A stretch of 17,232 nt of DNA from an uncultured Pseudomonadota bacterium (GCA_913020725.1 CAJWCD010000080.1:1-17232); one strand, 5' to 3'; numbered from the stretch's first letter, positions 7,686 to 16,230 are shown. Program-made: numbers and translations. Notes: generated by a model from the sequence alone, not told the origin.

Positions 7686-8522
7686 ATGATTACCACCTAT
7701 AAACTTTCACCAAAATCGCTTAACAACCTCCGCAAGCACGGTCTTAGTGACAATGCGGTGCGCAATCTCGAAGCTTTGGAGGATCGCGTTTTTGATTCAG
7801 AGTACACCTTTCTGGAGCAGGTGTATGCCCTGTCCTTTGCAGGTGAGTTCCGGCAGAAGGAATCGCTGATCCTGCGGCAGGCCAAGGGCTACTTCCGGCT
7901 GGATCGGATGATCCCGAACCGTACGATTCGCGAGTGGGTGGAGGCGCTGCTGTTTGCGCTCATCGTCGCCGGGATTGTCCGGACTTACGTTGTTGCACCC
8001 TTCAAGATTCCGTCGGGATCGATGCTGCCCACCATCCAGATTGGCGATCATATTTTTGCGTCCATGTATTCCTACGGGGCGTGGCTCCCGTTCACAGACG
8101 AAAAATTGCTCGCCCAACCCGTCGAGCGCGGGGACATTGTGATCTTCCCGTATCCCCGTGATCCTTCGGTTGATTACATCAAGCGCACCGTCGGGCTTGC
8201 GGGGGAAACGCTGGAAATTCGTGAGGATCAGGTGTTCATCAATGGCGAACCGCTGGACGAACCTTACGCTTTTTTTGAAGGGAAAGACCGCTATGCGCTC
8301 GGTGGAACACGCATCAGCAACTTCGGCCCCGTCACGGTGCCGGAGGGGAAACTGTTTGTGATGGGTGACAACCGCTACAACAGCGCGGACAGCCGTTTTT
8401 GGGGGTTTCTCGATGCCGAGCAGGTGATGGGCAAGGGCCGCTTTATCTACTGGCATCACGATCCGCGAGAAAGTTTCTTCAGCGGCTATCGGCTGGATCG
8501 CCTCTTCAGTACTCTTCAGTAG
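7686..8522 (+). CDS. lepB: Signal peptidase I with an additional N-terminal domain of about 65-80 aa
   Basis: REWVEALLFALIVA TM segment, catalytic Ser box IPSGSMLPT, catalytic Lys box DYIKR, and FVMGDNRYNSADSRFWG. Confidence 0.93.
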   Translation: MITTYKLSPKSLNNLRKHGLSDNAVRNLEALEDRVFDSEYTFLEQVYALSFAGEFRQKESLILRQAKGYFRLDRMIPNRTIREWVEALLFALIVAGIVRTYVVAPFKIPSGSMLPTIQIGDHIFASMYSYGAWLPFTDEKLLAQPVERGDIVIFPYPRDPSVDYIKRTVGLAGETLEIREDQVFINGEPLDEPYAFFEGKDRYALGGTRISNFGPVTVPEGKLFVMGDNRYNSADSRFWGFLDAEQVMGKGRFIYWHHDPRESFFSGYRLDRLFSTLQ

Positions 8523-8534
8523 CACGAACCTGCG

Positions 8535-9425
8535 ATGCGCACCGACTTCGACTCAAAATCGCTCTCCCGCAATGATCCGTGCTGGTGTGGCAGCGGCAAG
8601 AAGTACAAAAAGTGCCACTGGGGCAAAGACCGCACAGCTCCACCCAGTCCCGCCAAGTGGAGTGCCCCCCGCAAGAGCCGCAAGATCATCCTCAAAACCG
8701 AGGCGCAGATCGAGGGCATCCGGCGCAGTTGCCAACTCACCAAGCAACTGCTCGACATGCTCGAAGAACGAGTGCGTGAGGGCATCCGGACGATTGAGAT
8801 TGACGAGTGGGTCCACGCGGAAACGCTGGCCGGCGGCGCAACGCCCGCCCCGCTGGGCTACCGGGGTTTTCCGAAAAGCGTCTGCACCTCCGTCAACCAC
8901 GTCATCTGCCACGGCATTCCAGACAACTACGTCCTGTGCAACGGCGACATCATCAACATCGACGTCACCTGCATCCTCGATGGTTACTACGGCGATGCCA
9001 GCCGGATGTACCTCATCGGGGACGTTGCGGACGAAGCCCGCAAACTGGTGGACGTCACCAAGGAGTGTCTGGAGATCGGCATCAAGACGGTCAAGCCGTT
9101 CAACACGGTGGGCGACCTCGGACACGTCATTCAGCGGCACGCTGAGGGGCACGGCTATTCGGTGGTCCGGGATTTCGCCGGACATGGGGTGGGCATCGAA
9201 TTCCACGAGGCACCACAGATCCTCCATTACGGCGAACCACGCACTGGTCCCATCCTCCAGCCCAACATGGTTTTCACCATCGAACCGATGATCAATGCCG
9301 GACGTTTCGAGAGCCGCATCCTCGCGGACAAGTGGACGGCGGTTACGGAGGATGGCTCGCTTTCCGCGCAGTGGGAACACACTGTGCGCGTCACCCCGTC
9401 CGGAGTGGAGGTTCTGAGCGCATGA
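8535..9425 (+). CDS. map: Type I methionine aminopeptidase with an N-terminal SEC-C zinc-binding motif
   Basis: RNDPCWCGSGKKYKKCH (SEC-C). MAP motifs CTSVNHVICHGIP, DIINIDVT, GYYGDASR, GHGVG.EFHEAP, TIEPMIN and SAQWEHT. Confidence 0.95.
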   Translation: MRTDFDSKSLSRNDPCWCGSGKKYKKCHWGKDRTAPPSPAKWSAPRKSRKIILKTEAQIEGIRRSCQLTKQLLDMLEERVREGIRTIEIDEWVHAETLAGGATPAPLGYRGFPKSVCTSVNHVICHGIPDNYVLCNGDIINIDVTCILDGYYGDASRMYLIGDVADEARKLVDVTKECLEIGIKTVKPFNTVGDLGHVIQRHAEGHGYSVVRDFAGHGVGIEFHEAPQILHYGEPRTGPILQPNMVFTIEPMINAGRFESRILADKWTAVTEDGSLSAQWEHTVRVTPSGVEVLSA

Positions 9426-9502
9426 ACGTCGGAATTGCGCTTGTGCTTTGGAGGAACGACTCCTAACCTGTTTACAACAGAATACCACCGAGACCAACCG
9501 CT

Positions 9503-10576
9503 ATGGATCCCTGGAACGACAATCCGAAGAAATCCCCTTGGGGCGACAAGAAGAACCAGTCCGTCCCAGACATTGAAGAACTGCTCACTAACCTTCAGAA
9601 CAAGTTCAAGTTCAAGGGCGGTGGTGGCGGACAAAAGAGTTTTGGGGCGCTGATGGCCGTAGTCGCGCTTGGCGTGTGGCTGGCGACGGGTTTTTTCATC
9701 GTTGATCCGGAAGAAGAAGGGGTGATCCGGCGCTTTGGCGTGGTCCAGGGGGTTGTTGGCCCCGGCCCCCACTACCACTTTCCCTCACCCATCGAGACGG
9801 TTCAAGTCGAGCCGGTGACGAAAGTCCGCCGCATTGAGGTGGGCTTCCGGACGATCTCCCCGCCCGGACAGCAGCCTGCGAAATACCGTTTGGTCAGGAA
9901 GGAAGCCTTGATGCTCACGGGTGATGAGAACATCATCGACGTTCAGTTCACCGTGCAATACCGCATCGCCAATCTTGAGAATTATCTCTTCAACCTCGCC
10001 AACTCGGACGTCACCGTGAAGGCGGCAGCGGAGTCTGCGATGCGTGAGGTGGTTGGAGATACCGGGGTGATGGCCGCCTTGACTGAGGGCAAGGGGTTGA
10101 TTGAATCCACCACCGCTATGCTTTTGCAGAAAACGCTCAACAGTTATCGCTCTGGAATCCGCATCGAGAACGTCAAGCTTCAGGACGTGCATCCACCAGA
10201 ACAGGTCCGGGGTGCGTTCAAGGATGTCGTGAGCGCCCGCGAGGACAAGGAGAAAATGATCAAGGAGGCTGATGGCTACCGCAACAACCTCATCCCGCGA
10301 GCGCGTGGAGAAGCGGTGCAGGTAGTCAATCAGGCGAAAGCCTATGCCGAGCAAGTCGTCAACCTCGCCCGTGGACGCTCCGACCGCTTCATTTCCATCT
10401 ATGAGGAATACAAGAATGCGAAGGAAGTGACACGGGAGCGCATCCTGCTGGAGACGATGGAGGAGATCCTCCCGAAGGTCAACAAGGTCATCGCGGACAC
10501 CGAAATGAGCAAGAACATGTTGCCCTTCCTGCCGCTCAACCAACTTCAGCAAGCGGCAGAACCCAAGAAACCCTGA
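9503..10576 (+). CDS. hflK: FtsH protease activity modulator HflK (SPFH domain)
   Basis: HflK N-terminus PWND...PWG...PDIEELL and a Gly-rich linker before the TM. Also MLTGDENIIDV, ESAMREVVG, AFKDVVSARED, IPRARGEA and VTRERILLETMEEIL. Confidence 0.93.
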   Translation: MDPWNDNPKKSPWGDKKNQSVPDIEELLTNLQNKFKFKGGGGGQKSFGALMAVVALGVWLATGFFIVDPEEEGVIRRFGVVQGVVGPGPHYHFPSPIETVQVEPVTKVRRIEVGFRTISPPGQQPAKYRLVRKEALMLTGDENIIDVQFTVQYRIANLENYLFNLANSDVTVKAAAESAMREVVGDTGVMAALTEGKGLIESTTAMLLQKTLNSYRSGIRIENVKLQDVHPPEQVRGAFKDVVSAREDKEKMIKEADGYRNNLIPRARGEAVQVVNQAKAYAEQVVNLARGRSDRFISIYEEYKNAKEVTRERILLETMEEILPKVNKVIADTEMSKNMLPFLPLNQLQQAAEPKKP

Positions 10577-10597
10577 CCACTCACCCTACAAAGTCGC

Positions 10598-10638
10598 GCT
10601 CGTGTTGAGGATCTCACAGCACGAGCCGCTTTCCCTTT
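10598..10638 (+). terminator. Probable intrinsic terminator after hflK
   Basis: 10-bp stem GCTCGTGTTG / CAGCACGAGC with one G-U pair and a 9-nt loop, followed by a pyrimidine/T-rich tract (CGCTTTCCCTTTT). Confidence 0.6.
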
Positions 10639-10700
10639 TCCCTCTTCTTTCTTCCAGCATAAATTCTAGAGTCGCGCAACCCCCGTTGGTTTGCGGGGAG

Positions 10701-11066
10701 TTATGAGGCTGCTTGCGTGGTGTTTTCCGCATTGCGAAGCTGTTCGAGCTTTGTGCAATACGCCTCGTGCAAGCGGGGGATCACCTGAATGAATCCGAAC
10801 CCCGTCTGCTCGTTTGGAGGGGTGTCAAGGTGGTAGGTGTAAGAAAGGGAATCCTGATTGCGCTCGGGTTCGTCGAGAAAATACCCGGCGCTGAGGATCG
10901 CTGTGTTTTCCTCCGGATGCACCTCGAAGCGCATGCACACCCGAAAATCTCCGTAGTACTCAATGTTGGTTTCCCAGACATTTCGGTCAATCTGGGAAAA
11001 GAAAAGCGGACTGGTGGCGCGGAGTGCGTCCACATACTCAAACAGGCGACTGCGTCTTCGAGGCAT
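10701..11066 (-). CDS. Hypothetical protein (121 aa)
   Basis: Fills the gap between hflK and flagellin. It has globular-protein composition with an apparent helix / several beta-strands / helix pattern. No family recognised. Confidence 0.65.
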   Translation of the reverse strand: MPRRRSRLFEYVDALRATSPLFFSQIDRNVWETNIEYYGDFRVCMRFEVHPEENTAILSAGYFLDEPERNQDSLSYTYHLDTPPNEQTGFGFIQVIPRLHEAYCTKLEQLRNAENTTQAAS

Positions 11067-11133
11067 GGGAGTCTATGAGCAATAGGGAAACCCATCATTG
11101 AGGAGAGCTTGCGGAAAATCAAGGGGAGCGCGT

Positions 11134-11160
11134 TAAAGTTTTTTGCGGAGATGCCGAAAA
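11134..11160 (+). promoter_or_regulatory. Sigma28 (FliA) promoter of flagellin
   Basis: TAAAGTTT at 11134 and GCCGAAAA at 11153-11160. This matches the TAAA-N15-GCCGATAA consensus spacing exactly with one mismatch, 70 nt upstream of the flagellin ATG. Confidence 0.85.
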
Positions 11161-11230
11161 GAGGGGAAAGTGCCCTGAACTCTATGGATGGGCTTCTGCA
11201 AATTGAGATTGCAAACCAAATGAAAAGATC

Positions 11231-12880
11231 ATGAGGATTCGCAACAACGTCGCCTCGCTGAACGCGCTTCGGTATACGAATCAAAATCTCCAAGACGTCA
11301 AAGGCTCGATCGAGAAGCTCAGTTCTGGGCTGAAGATCAACCGCGCTCAAGATGGTCCGGCAGGGCTGATTGCCTCGGAGCGGTTGCGTGGCGCGATTGT
11401 GGGGTTGCAGCAAGCGCACAGCAACACCGAGAACTCGCTTTCTATGGTGCAGACCGCAGAAAGCTCCTTGAACGGAGTCAGCGAGATCCTCATCCGACTC
11501 AAGCAACTCACAGTTCATGCCGCCAACGAGGCAGTCAACGACGATGCCATGCTACAAGCGGATCAGATTGAGGTCGATAACTTGCTGGAATCGCTCCACC
11601 GCATTGCTCAGAACACCCGCTTTGGGCACCAGAAACTCCTTAACGGGGACATGGGTGTGAGCGGAACCACCGTGGGCAACGATCTGCGTTTTGATTCTGC
11701 CTCTCCGACAACCCCGTCCTCTCCCAAGGATGGTTATGAAGTGGACATCACCCAAGTCGCCACACAGGCGAAGAAGAAGGGGTTGGAGCCGCTCACCGTC
11801 GAGAACATCGGTGAGGGCCTCAAGGTTGTCATCAACGAAGGGGGCCGAAACGCCGAGTTTGAGGTCCGAGGGCAGGTCAAGGAAGAGATCGGCAAAATCG
11901 TCGAGAGCTACCAGTCGGATCCCCAGCGTTTCCCAAAGGAGCAGATGTCGAAGGACATCCGCACCTTGATTCTCTTCCACCTCCAGAACGCCATTGACGA
12001 CTACGGTGTTAATCTTGATGTTTTTGAGGGGCCAGACCAGACGTTCACTCTGCGACACCGTGATTTCGGGGAAGAGCCATCCTTTTCGGTGACTTCGGAT
12101 TTGGCGGGTCTCTTTACGGAAGAGTCGAATGTCGCCGAATTTTCGTCTCCCGGACTGGATGTCGCAGGGACGATCAATCGCGAACCAGCCTTTGGGAAAG
12201 CGCAGTACCTCACCGCGCATTCCGGTTCGGGCGCTCGTGGAGTGACTGTGCAGTACAGCCGCGAGATTGGGCTCAAGGAAGTTCCGGTTTTTCAGGAACG
12301 TGAAGTGCCGGAACATGATGCCGAAGGCAACGTCATCGGCTCCCAGACCATCCGTGAGCAGGTGGGCATGGAGTTCGTTGAGGAAGCACAGGAAGAGATC
12401 ACTGAAGGCATGGAGGGCTACGTCCATATCGCGCAGCAGTCCAAACACTTCAACCTCGGCCCCAAAGGGGAGGAGGCGATGATCGACTTCGGGAATGTCC
12501 GGATTGATCGGTTGGGGCAGGACGTGCGTAACGAAAGTGGGTTCAAATCACTGTCCGACCTTGACCTGACCTTCCTTCAGGGCGCACGGGATTCCAACCA
12601 GCTCGTTGAGCGGGCGATTGACGAAGTCACGACGCTGCGTGGGAAGTTGGGTGCTTTCCAGAAACACACCATCATGCGCAACTTGGACACTCTCAAGGTA
12701 CTGGAGGAGAACACGGTTGCGGGCGAATCGGTCATTCGGGATGCTGACATGGCGGCGGAGATGTCTGCCCTGACTGGCAACCAGATCATGCTGCAAGCCA
12801 GCCAGTCCATGCTGGCGCAGGCCAACCAACTCCCGAGGAACGTTGTTCGCTTGATTGAGGGCGGTGGCACCAGCGTCTAA
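11231..12880 (+). CDS. fliC: Flagellin (549 aa, large central variable region)
   Basis: N-terminal MRIRNNVASLNA...IEKLSSGLKINRAQDGPAGL...QTAESSL...LLNG. C-terminal AIDEVTTLRGKLGAFQ...ESVIRDADMAAEMS...QASQSMLAQANQLP. Upstream sigma28 promoter. Confidence 0.95.
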   Translation: MRIRNNVASLNALRYTNQNLQDVKGSIEKLSSGLKINRAQDGPAGLIASERLRGAIVGLQQAHSNTENSLSMVQTAESSLNGVSEILIRLKQLTVHAANEAVNDDAMLQADQIEVDNLLESLHRIAQNTRFGHQKLLNGDMGVSGTTVGNDLRFDSASPTTPSSPKDGYEVDITQVATQAKKKGLEPLTVENIGEGLKVVINEGGRNAEFEVRGQVKEEIGKIVESYQSDPQRFPKEQMSKDIRTLILFHLQNAIDDYGVNLDVFEGPDQTFTLRHRDFGEEPSFSVTSDLAGLFTEESNVAEFSSPGLDVAGTINREPAFGKAQYLTAHSGSGARGVTVQYSREIGLKEVPVFQEREVPEHDAEGNVIGSQTIREQVGMEFVEEAQEEITEGMEGYVHIAQQSKHFNLGPKGEEAMIDFGNVRIDRLGQDVRNESGFKSLSDLDLTFLQGARDSNQLVERAIDEVTTLRGKLGAFQKHTIMRNLDTLKVLEENTVAGESVIRDADMAAEMSALTGNQIMLQASQSMLAQANQLPRNVVRLIEGGGTSV

Positions 12881-12936
12881 CCCACGGAGCAGCATCCATC
12901 CTTGTTGCAAGCGGTGTCCGCCGATCCGGGCACCGT

Positions 12937-13683
12937 TCATTCCCATTGATTCAGCACACATTCGGTATCACGGTTCACCAGCAGGTGAAATCTCGCGTTG
13001 TGTCCCAATGCCGGACTCGTGCGGTGCCGTGCCTCGTGGATGAGCGTGTTCACCAATTGTCCGGCCTTGGGGGTTCCGAAAAACCAGAAGTTGGAGCGGT
13101 GAATCTTGATCTGCTCCTCACCCCAGTACACGCCTGCTTCCCCGTACTGGATGAAGTTGCCGTGAACCGCCCGTTCGCGGGTGTAGCGAATCGGGACGTT
13201 GCGGAGCGTGCGGAGCAGCGCCGGGGAGAGGCAGGGCGCACGCAGCAACTGCTGGCGGTAGTCCTCGATGTGCTGCTGGCGCACGATCTCGTCCTCCAGA
13301 ATCACCCCGAAAAGCTGAATCCGATCCACCACGAGCAGCAGCGCGACTCCGAGAATGCCGGCGATCAACAAACGTCCAAGCCAGCGTTCAACGGGTCCGG
13401 GCCAACGGGGGGGAGGATGGAGGTGGCGGTTTTTCCACTGATGCCACTCTCGCCATTCATGCTGGAGGGTGCCGACGGTTTCCGCAGGCCAGTCCTCAAG
13501 ATCCGCATTCTCCGGTAACTCCGTGATTTCAAAAAAACCGCGCTCGTCGCAGTCTCGGCACCAGACTCGCACAAAACGCTCACCGTCCGGACCCTCCAGC
13601 GGCGTGGCCCGCAGGTTGGTGTTTCCACACTCTGGACAAGCCAGTCCATGGCAAGATTCATTCGTCAGCTCAAAATTTTGCAT
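12937..13683 (-). CDS. Zn-ribbon plus single TM plus SprT/YgjP-like HEXXH zinc metallopeptidase domain protein
   Basis: CPECG...CRDC pair at the N-terminus, hydrophobic LLIAGILGVALLLVV segment, and C-terminal TLIHEARH-x6-GHNARF (HEXXH at 13038-13024, followed by a further His and HxxxF). Confidence 0.8.
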   Translation of the reverse strand: MQNFELTNESCHGLACPECGNTNLRATPLEGPDGERFVRVWCRDCDERGFFEITELPENADLEDWPAETVGTLQHEWREWHQWKNRHLHPPPRWPGPVERWLGRLLIAGILGVALLLVVDRIQLFGVILEDEIVRQQHIEDYRQQLLRAPCLSPALLRTLRNVPIRYTRERAVHGNFIQYGEAGVYWGEEQIKIHRSNFWFFGTPKAGQLVNTLIHEARHRTSPALGHNARFHLLVNRDTECVLNQWE

Positions 13684-13761
13684 TGCTCCTGTGCGAGTGG
13701 TTTTCTATGGTAATTCCTTTGCACAAGAATTCTCACGTTTTGCAGCACTCTCATTTTTCCC

Positions 13762-16230
13762 ATGACAACTGAAGCCTTTGAGGCGGTGGAGCTTTTTGTT
13801 CCGCTGCTTACCCGTGAACTCAAACTCCGTCCGGATCAGGTCCGCAACGCTCTTAAGTTGCTGACTGAGGACAACACCATTCCCTTCATCGCCCGCTACC
13901 GCAAAGAGGTGACGGGCAACTTGGATGAGCTTCAAATTGGCACATTGCACGATCGCTTTCAGTACCTTTCGGAACTGGAGGCACGGCGTGCGCAGATTCT
14001 GGCCAGCGTTAAGGAGCAGGAAAAGCTGACCCCGGAACTGGAAAAGGTGCTCCGCGCTGCCGACAGCAAGCAGCGGCTCGAAGACCTCTACCTGCCTTAC
14101 AAACCCAAGCGCCGCACCCGGGCAACGCTTGCTAAGGAGCAGGGACTGGAACCGCTCGCGCTGCTGCTCCAGACTCCGGACACTACCGCCGAGCAGGCCG
14201 AGTCGTGGCTTGCCGAGTTCAACGCATCGCAAGAAACTGCGATGCCTGCAGAGCAAGTGTGGCAAGGGGCGCGGGACCTTCTCGCTGAAGCCATTTCAGA
14301 AGATGTGGGGCTGCGTGAACGGCTGCGGGCTTGGCTGTTCAAGGAGGGGAAAGTGACTGCACAGGTGACTCCGGAACACAAGGAGAAGCCCGGCAAGTTT
14401 CAGGATTACTACAACTTTGAGGAACGTGCCGCACGGATTGCCCCGCACCGCTTCTTGGCCATCCGCCGAGGGGAGAAGGAAAAGGTGCTGCGCATGTCGG
14501 TGCAGACGTCTGAGGACGAAGCACTTGCGAGGCTTCGCAAACGTTGGGAACAGAAACTCGCTCCGGCGCTCAAGGAGCAGTGGGAGGCGGTCTGGCGCGA
14601 TGCGTGGGTGCGGCTCCTCTTGCCCTCGCTGGAAACCGATGTGCGCGTCAAGCTCAAGCAGCAGGCAGACGACACCTCAATCGAACTTTTCGCACAGAAC
14701 CTCCGACAGCTGCTGCTCCAGTCTCCCGGTGGCGGACGGGTGGTGTTGGGACTCGACCCTGCGTTTCGCACCGGAACCAAGTGGGCGGTGATTGACGGCA
14801 CTGGACGCCTGCTCGTGCATGGCGTGATCCATCCCATTCCGCCCAAGGCGAAGGAGGACGAGGCCAAGCAGACGCTCCGCAAGCTGATCGAGGATCACGG
14901 CGTGGAGATTGTCGCAGTTGGCAACGGCACTGCCTCACGGGAAGTGCATCAGTTCGTGCGCAACTGGCTCAAGGAAGCAGAGCTTGCCGTGCAACACCTC
15001 GTCGTCAACGAGTCTGGAGCGTCGGTCTATTCCGCGTCCGAACTCGCCCGCAAGGAGTTCCCAGACCTCGACCTCACGCGGCGCAGTGCGATCTCCATCG
15101 CCCGGCGTTATCAAGATCCGTTGGCGGAATTTGTGAAGATTGATCCCAAGTCCATTGGCGTCGGACAGTACCAGCACGATGTCAACCAAACCCGCCTCAA
15201 GCAGTCGTTGGACCGCACGGTCGAGTCCTGCGTGAACTTTGTCGGCGTGGATCTCAACCGCGCTTCCGGGCCGTTGTTGCGCTACGTTTCCGGGATCACG
15301 CCCACCCTCGCCCAGCGTATCGTCGAACACCGCGACGCACAGGGGCCGTTCGCCACACGGCAGGCGTTGCTGGAGGTTTCTGGCATGGGACCGAAGATTT
15401 TTGAACAGGCGGCGGGGTTTTTGCGAATTCCCGACAGCAGCGAACCGCTGGACGCCTCAGCGGTGCATCCGGAACGCTACCCGCTTGTCCAGCGCATCGC
15501 TGCCGATCACGAGGTGTCCGTTTCCGAACTGCTGGGCAACGAGTCCGTGGTTGCCCGTGTTGACTCGGCGAAGTACGAATCTGACGAGGCGGGTGCGTTC
15601 ACGTTGCAGGACATCCTCGCCGAACTTCGCAAGCCCGGACGCGACCCCCGCGCCGACCACACCACAGTCGAATTTGATGAGTCGGTGCAGGAACTCTCGG
15701 ACCTCAAGCCCGGAATGCAACTCAATGGAATCGTCACCAACGTCACGCACTTTGGTGCGTTTGTGGACATCGGCGTGCATCAGGACGGGCTGGTGCACGT
15801 TTCGGAGCTATCCGACCGTTTTGTGAAGGATCCACTGGAGGCGGTTGCACTGGGCCAGCAGGTGAAAGCGTGGGTGCTGGAAGTGGATCAGGAGCGCCGC
15901 CGCATTGCGCTCTCCCTGCGCAGTGATCCCAGTACTCCCAAGCGCCCGCCTAGCAAATCCGGGAAACCCAAGCGGGGCGTACAGAAAAATGAGAAGCCGG
16001 AGCAAGCCACTCAGCGAGGCGAGAAAACGGAACACTCCGAGCAAAAGCAAGTAGGGAGATCGGAGCGCTTCGAGCAGAAATTCCGTTCCGGGAAACCTCG
16101 TACATCAGACAAGAGTGCGCGCCCCAAATCAGGAAAATTCACTTCCGAAAAACGTTCGGACACTCTCAAGGCGACGGGTGATTTTCAAACCGACTTGGCT
16201 GCGTTGATGGAGAAGTTCAATCAGAACTGA
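13762..16230 (+). CDS. tex: Tex/YhgF transcription accessory protein (YqgF-like, HhH and S1 domains)
   Basis: Motifs TIPFIARYRKEVTGNLDE, LEDLYLPYKPKRRTRA, GLDPAFRTG, VGNGTASRE, ESGASVYSAS, KIDPKSIGVGQYQHDV, and the S1 domain NVTHFGAFVDIGVHQDGLVHVSEL. Confidence 0.96.
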   Translation: MTTEAFEAVELFVPLLTRELKLRPDQVRNALKLLTEDNTIPFIARYRKEVTGNLDELQIGTLHDRFQYLSELEARRAQILASVKEQEKLTPELEKVLRAADSKQRLEDLYLPYKPKRRTRATLAKEQGLEPLALLLQTPDTTAEQAESWLAEFNASQETAMPAEQVWQGARDLLAEAISEDVGLRERLRAWLFKEGKVTAQVTPEHKEKPGKFQDYYNFEERAARIAPHRFLAIRRGEKEKVLRMSVQTSEDEALARLRKRWEQKLAPALKEQWEAVWRDAWVRLLLPSLETDVRVKLKQQADDTSIELFAQNLRQLLLQSPGGGRVVLGLDPAFRTGTKWAVIDGTGRLLVHGVIHPIPPKAKEDEAKQTLRKLIEDHGVEIVAVGNGTASREVHQFVRNWLKEAELAVQHLVVNESGASVYSASELARKEFPDLDLTRRSAISIARRYQDPLAEFVKIDPKSIGVGQYQHDVNQTRLKQSLDRTVESCVNFVGVDLNRASGPLLRYVSGITPTLAQRIVEHRDAQGPFATRQALLEVSGMGPKIFEQAAGFLRIPDSSEPLDASAVHPERYPLVQRIAADHEVSVSELLGNESVVARVDSAKYESDEAGAFTLQDILAELRKPGRDPRADHTTVEFDESVQELSDLKPGMQLNGIVTNVTHFGAFVDIGVHQDGLVHVSELSDRFVKDPLEAVALGQQVKAWVLEVDQERRRIALSLRSDPSTPKRPPSKSGKPKRGVQKNEKPEQATQRGEKTEHSEQKQVGRSERFEQKFRSGKPRTSDKSARPKSGKFTSEKRSDTLKATGDFQTDLAALMEKFNQN

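Noticed and set aside
10670..10700. Second hairpin CCCCG-N8-CGGGG and an AGTCGCGC direct repeat with 10592
   Set aside because: The 5-bp stem has no U-tract and the 8-bp repeat is too short to call a terminator or mobile-element scar.
16217..16230. 14-nt convergent overlap of tex and the FAH gene
   Set aside because: Short 3' overlaps of convergent genes are common, and there is no evidence of function.
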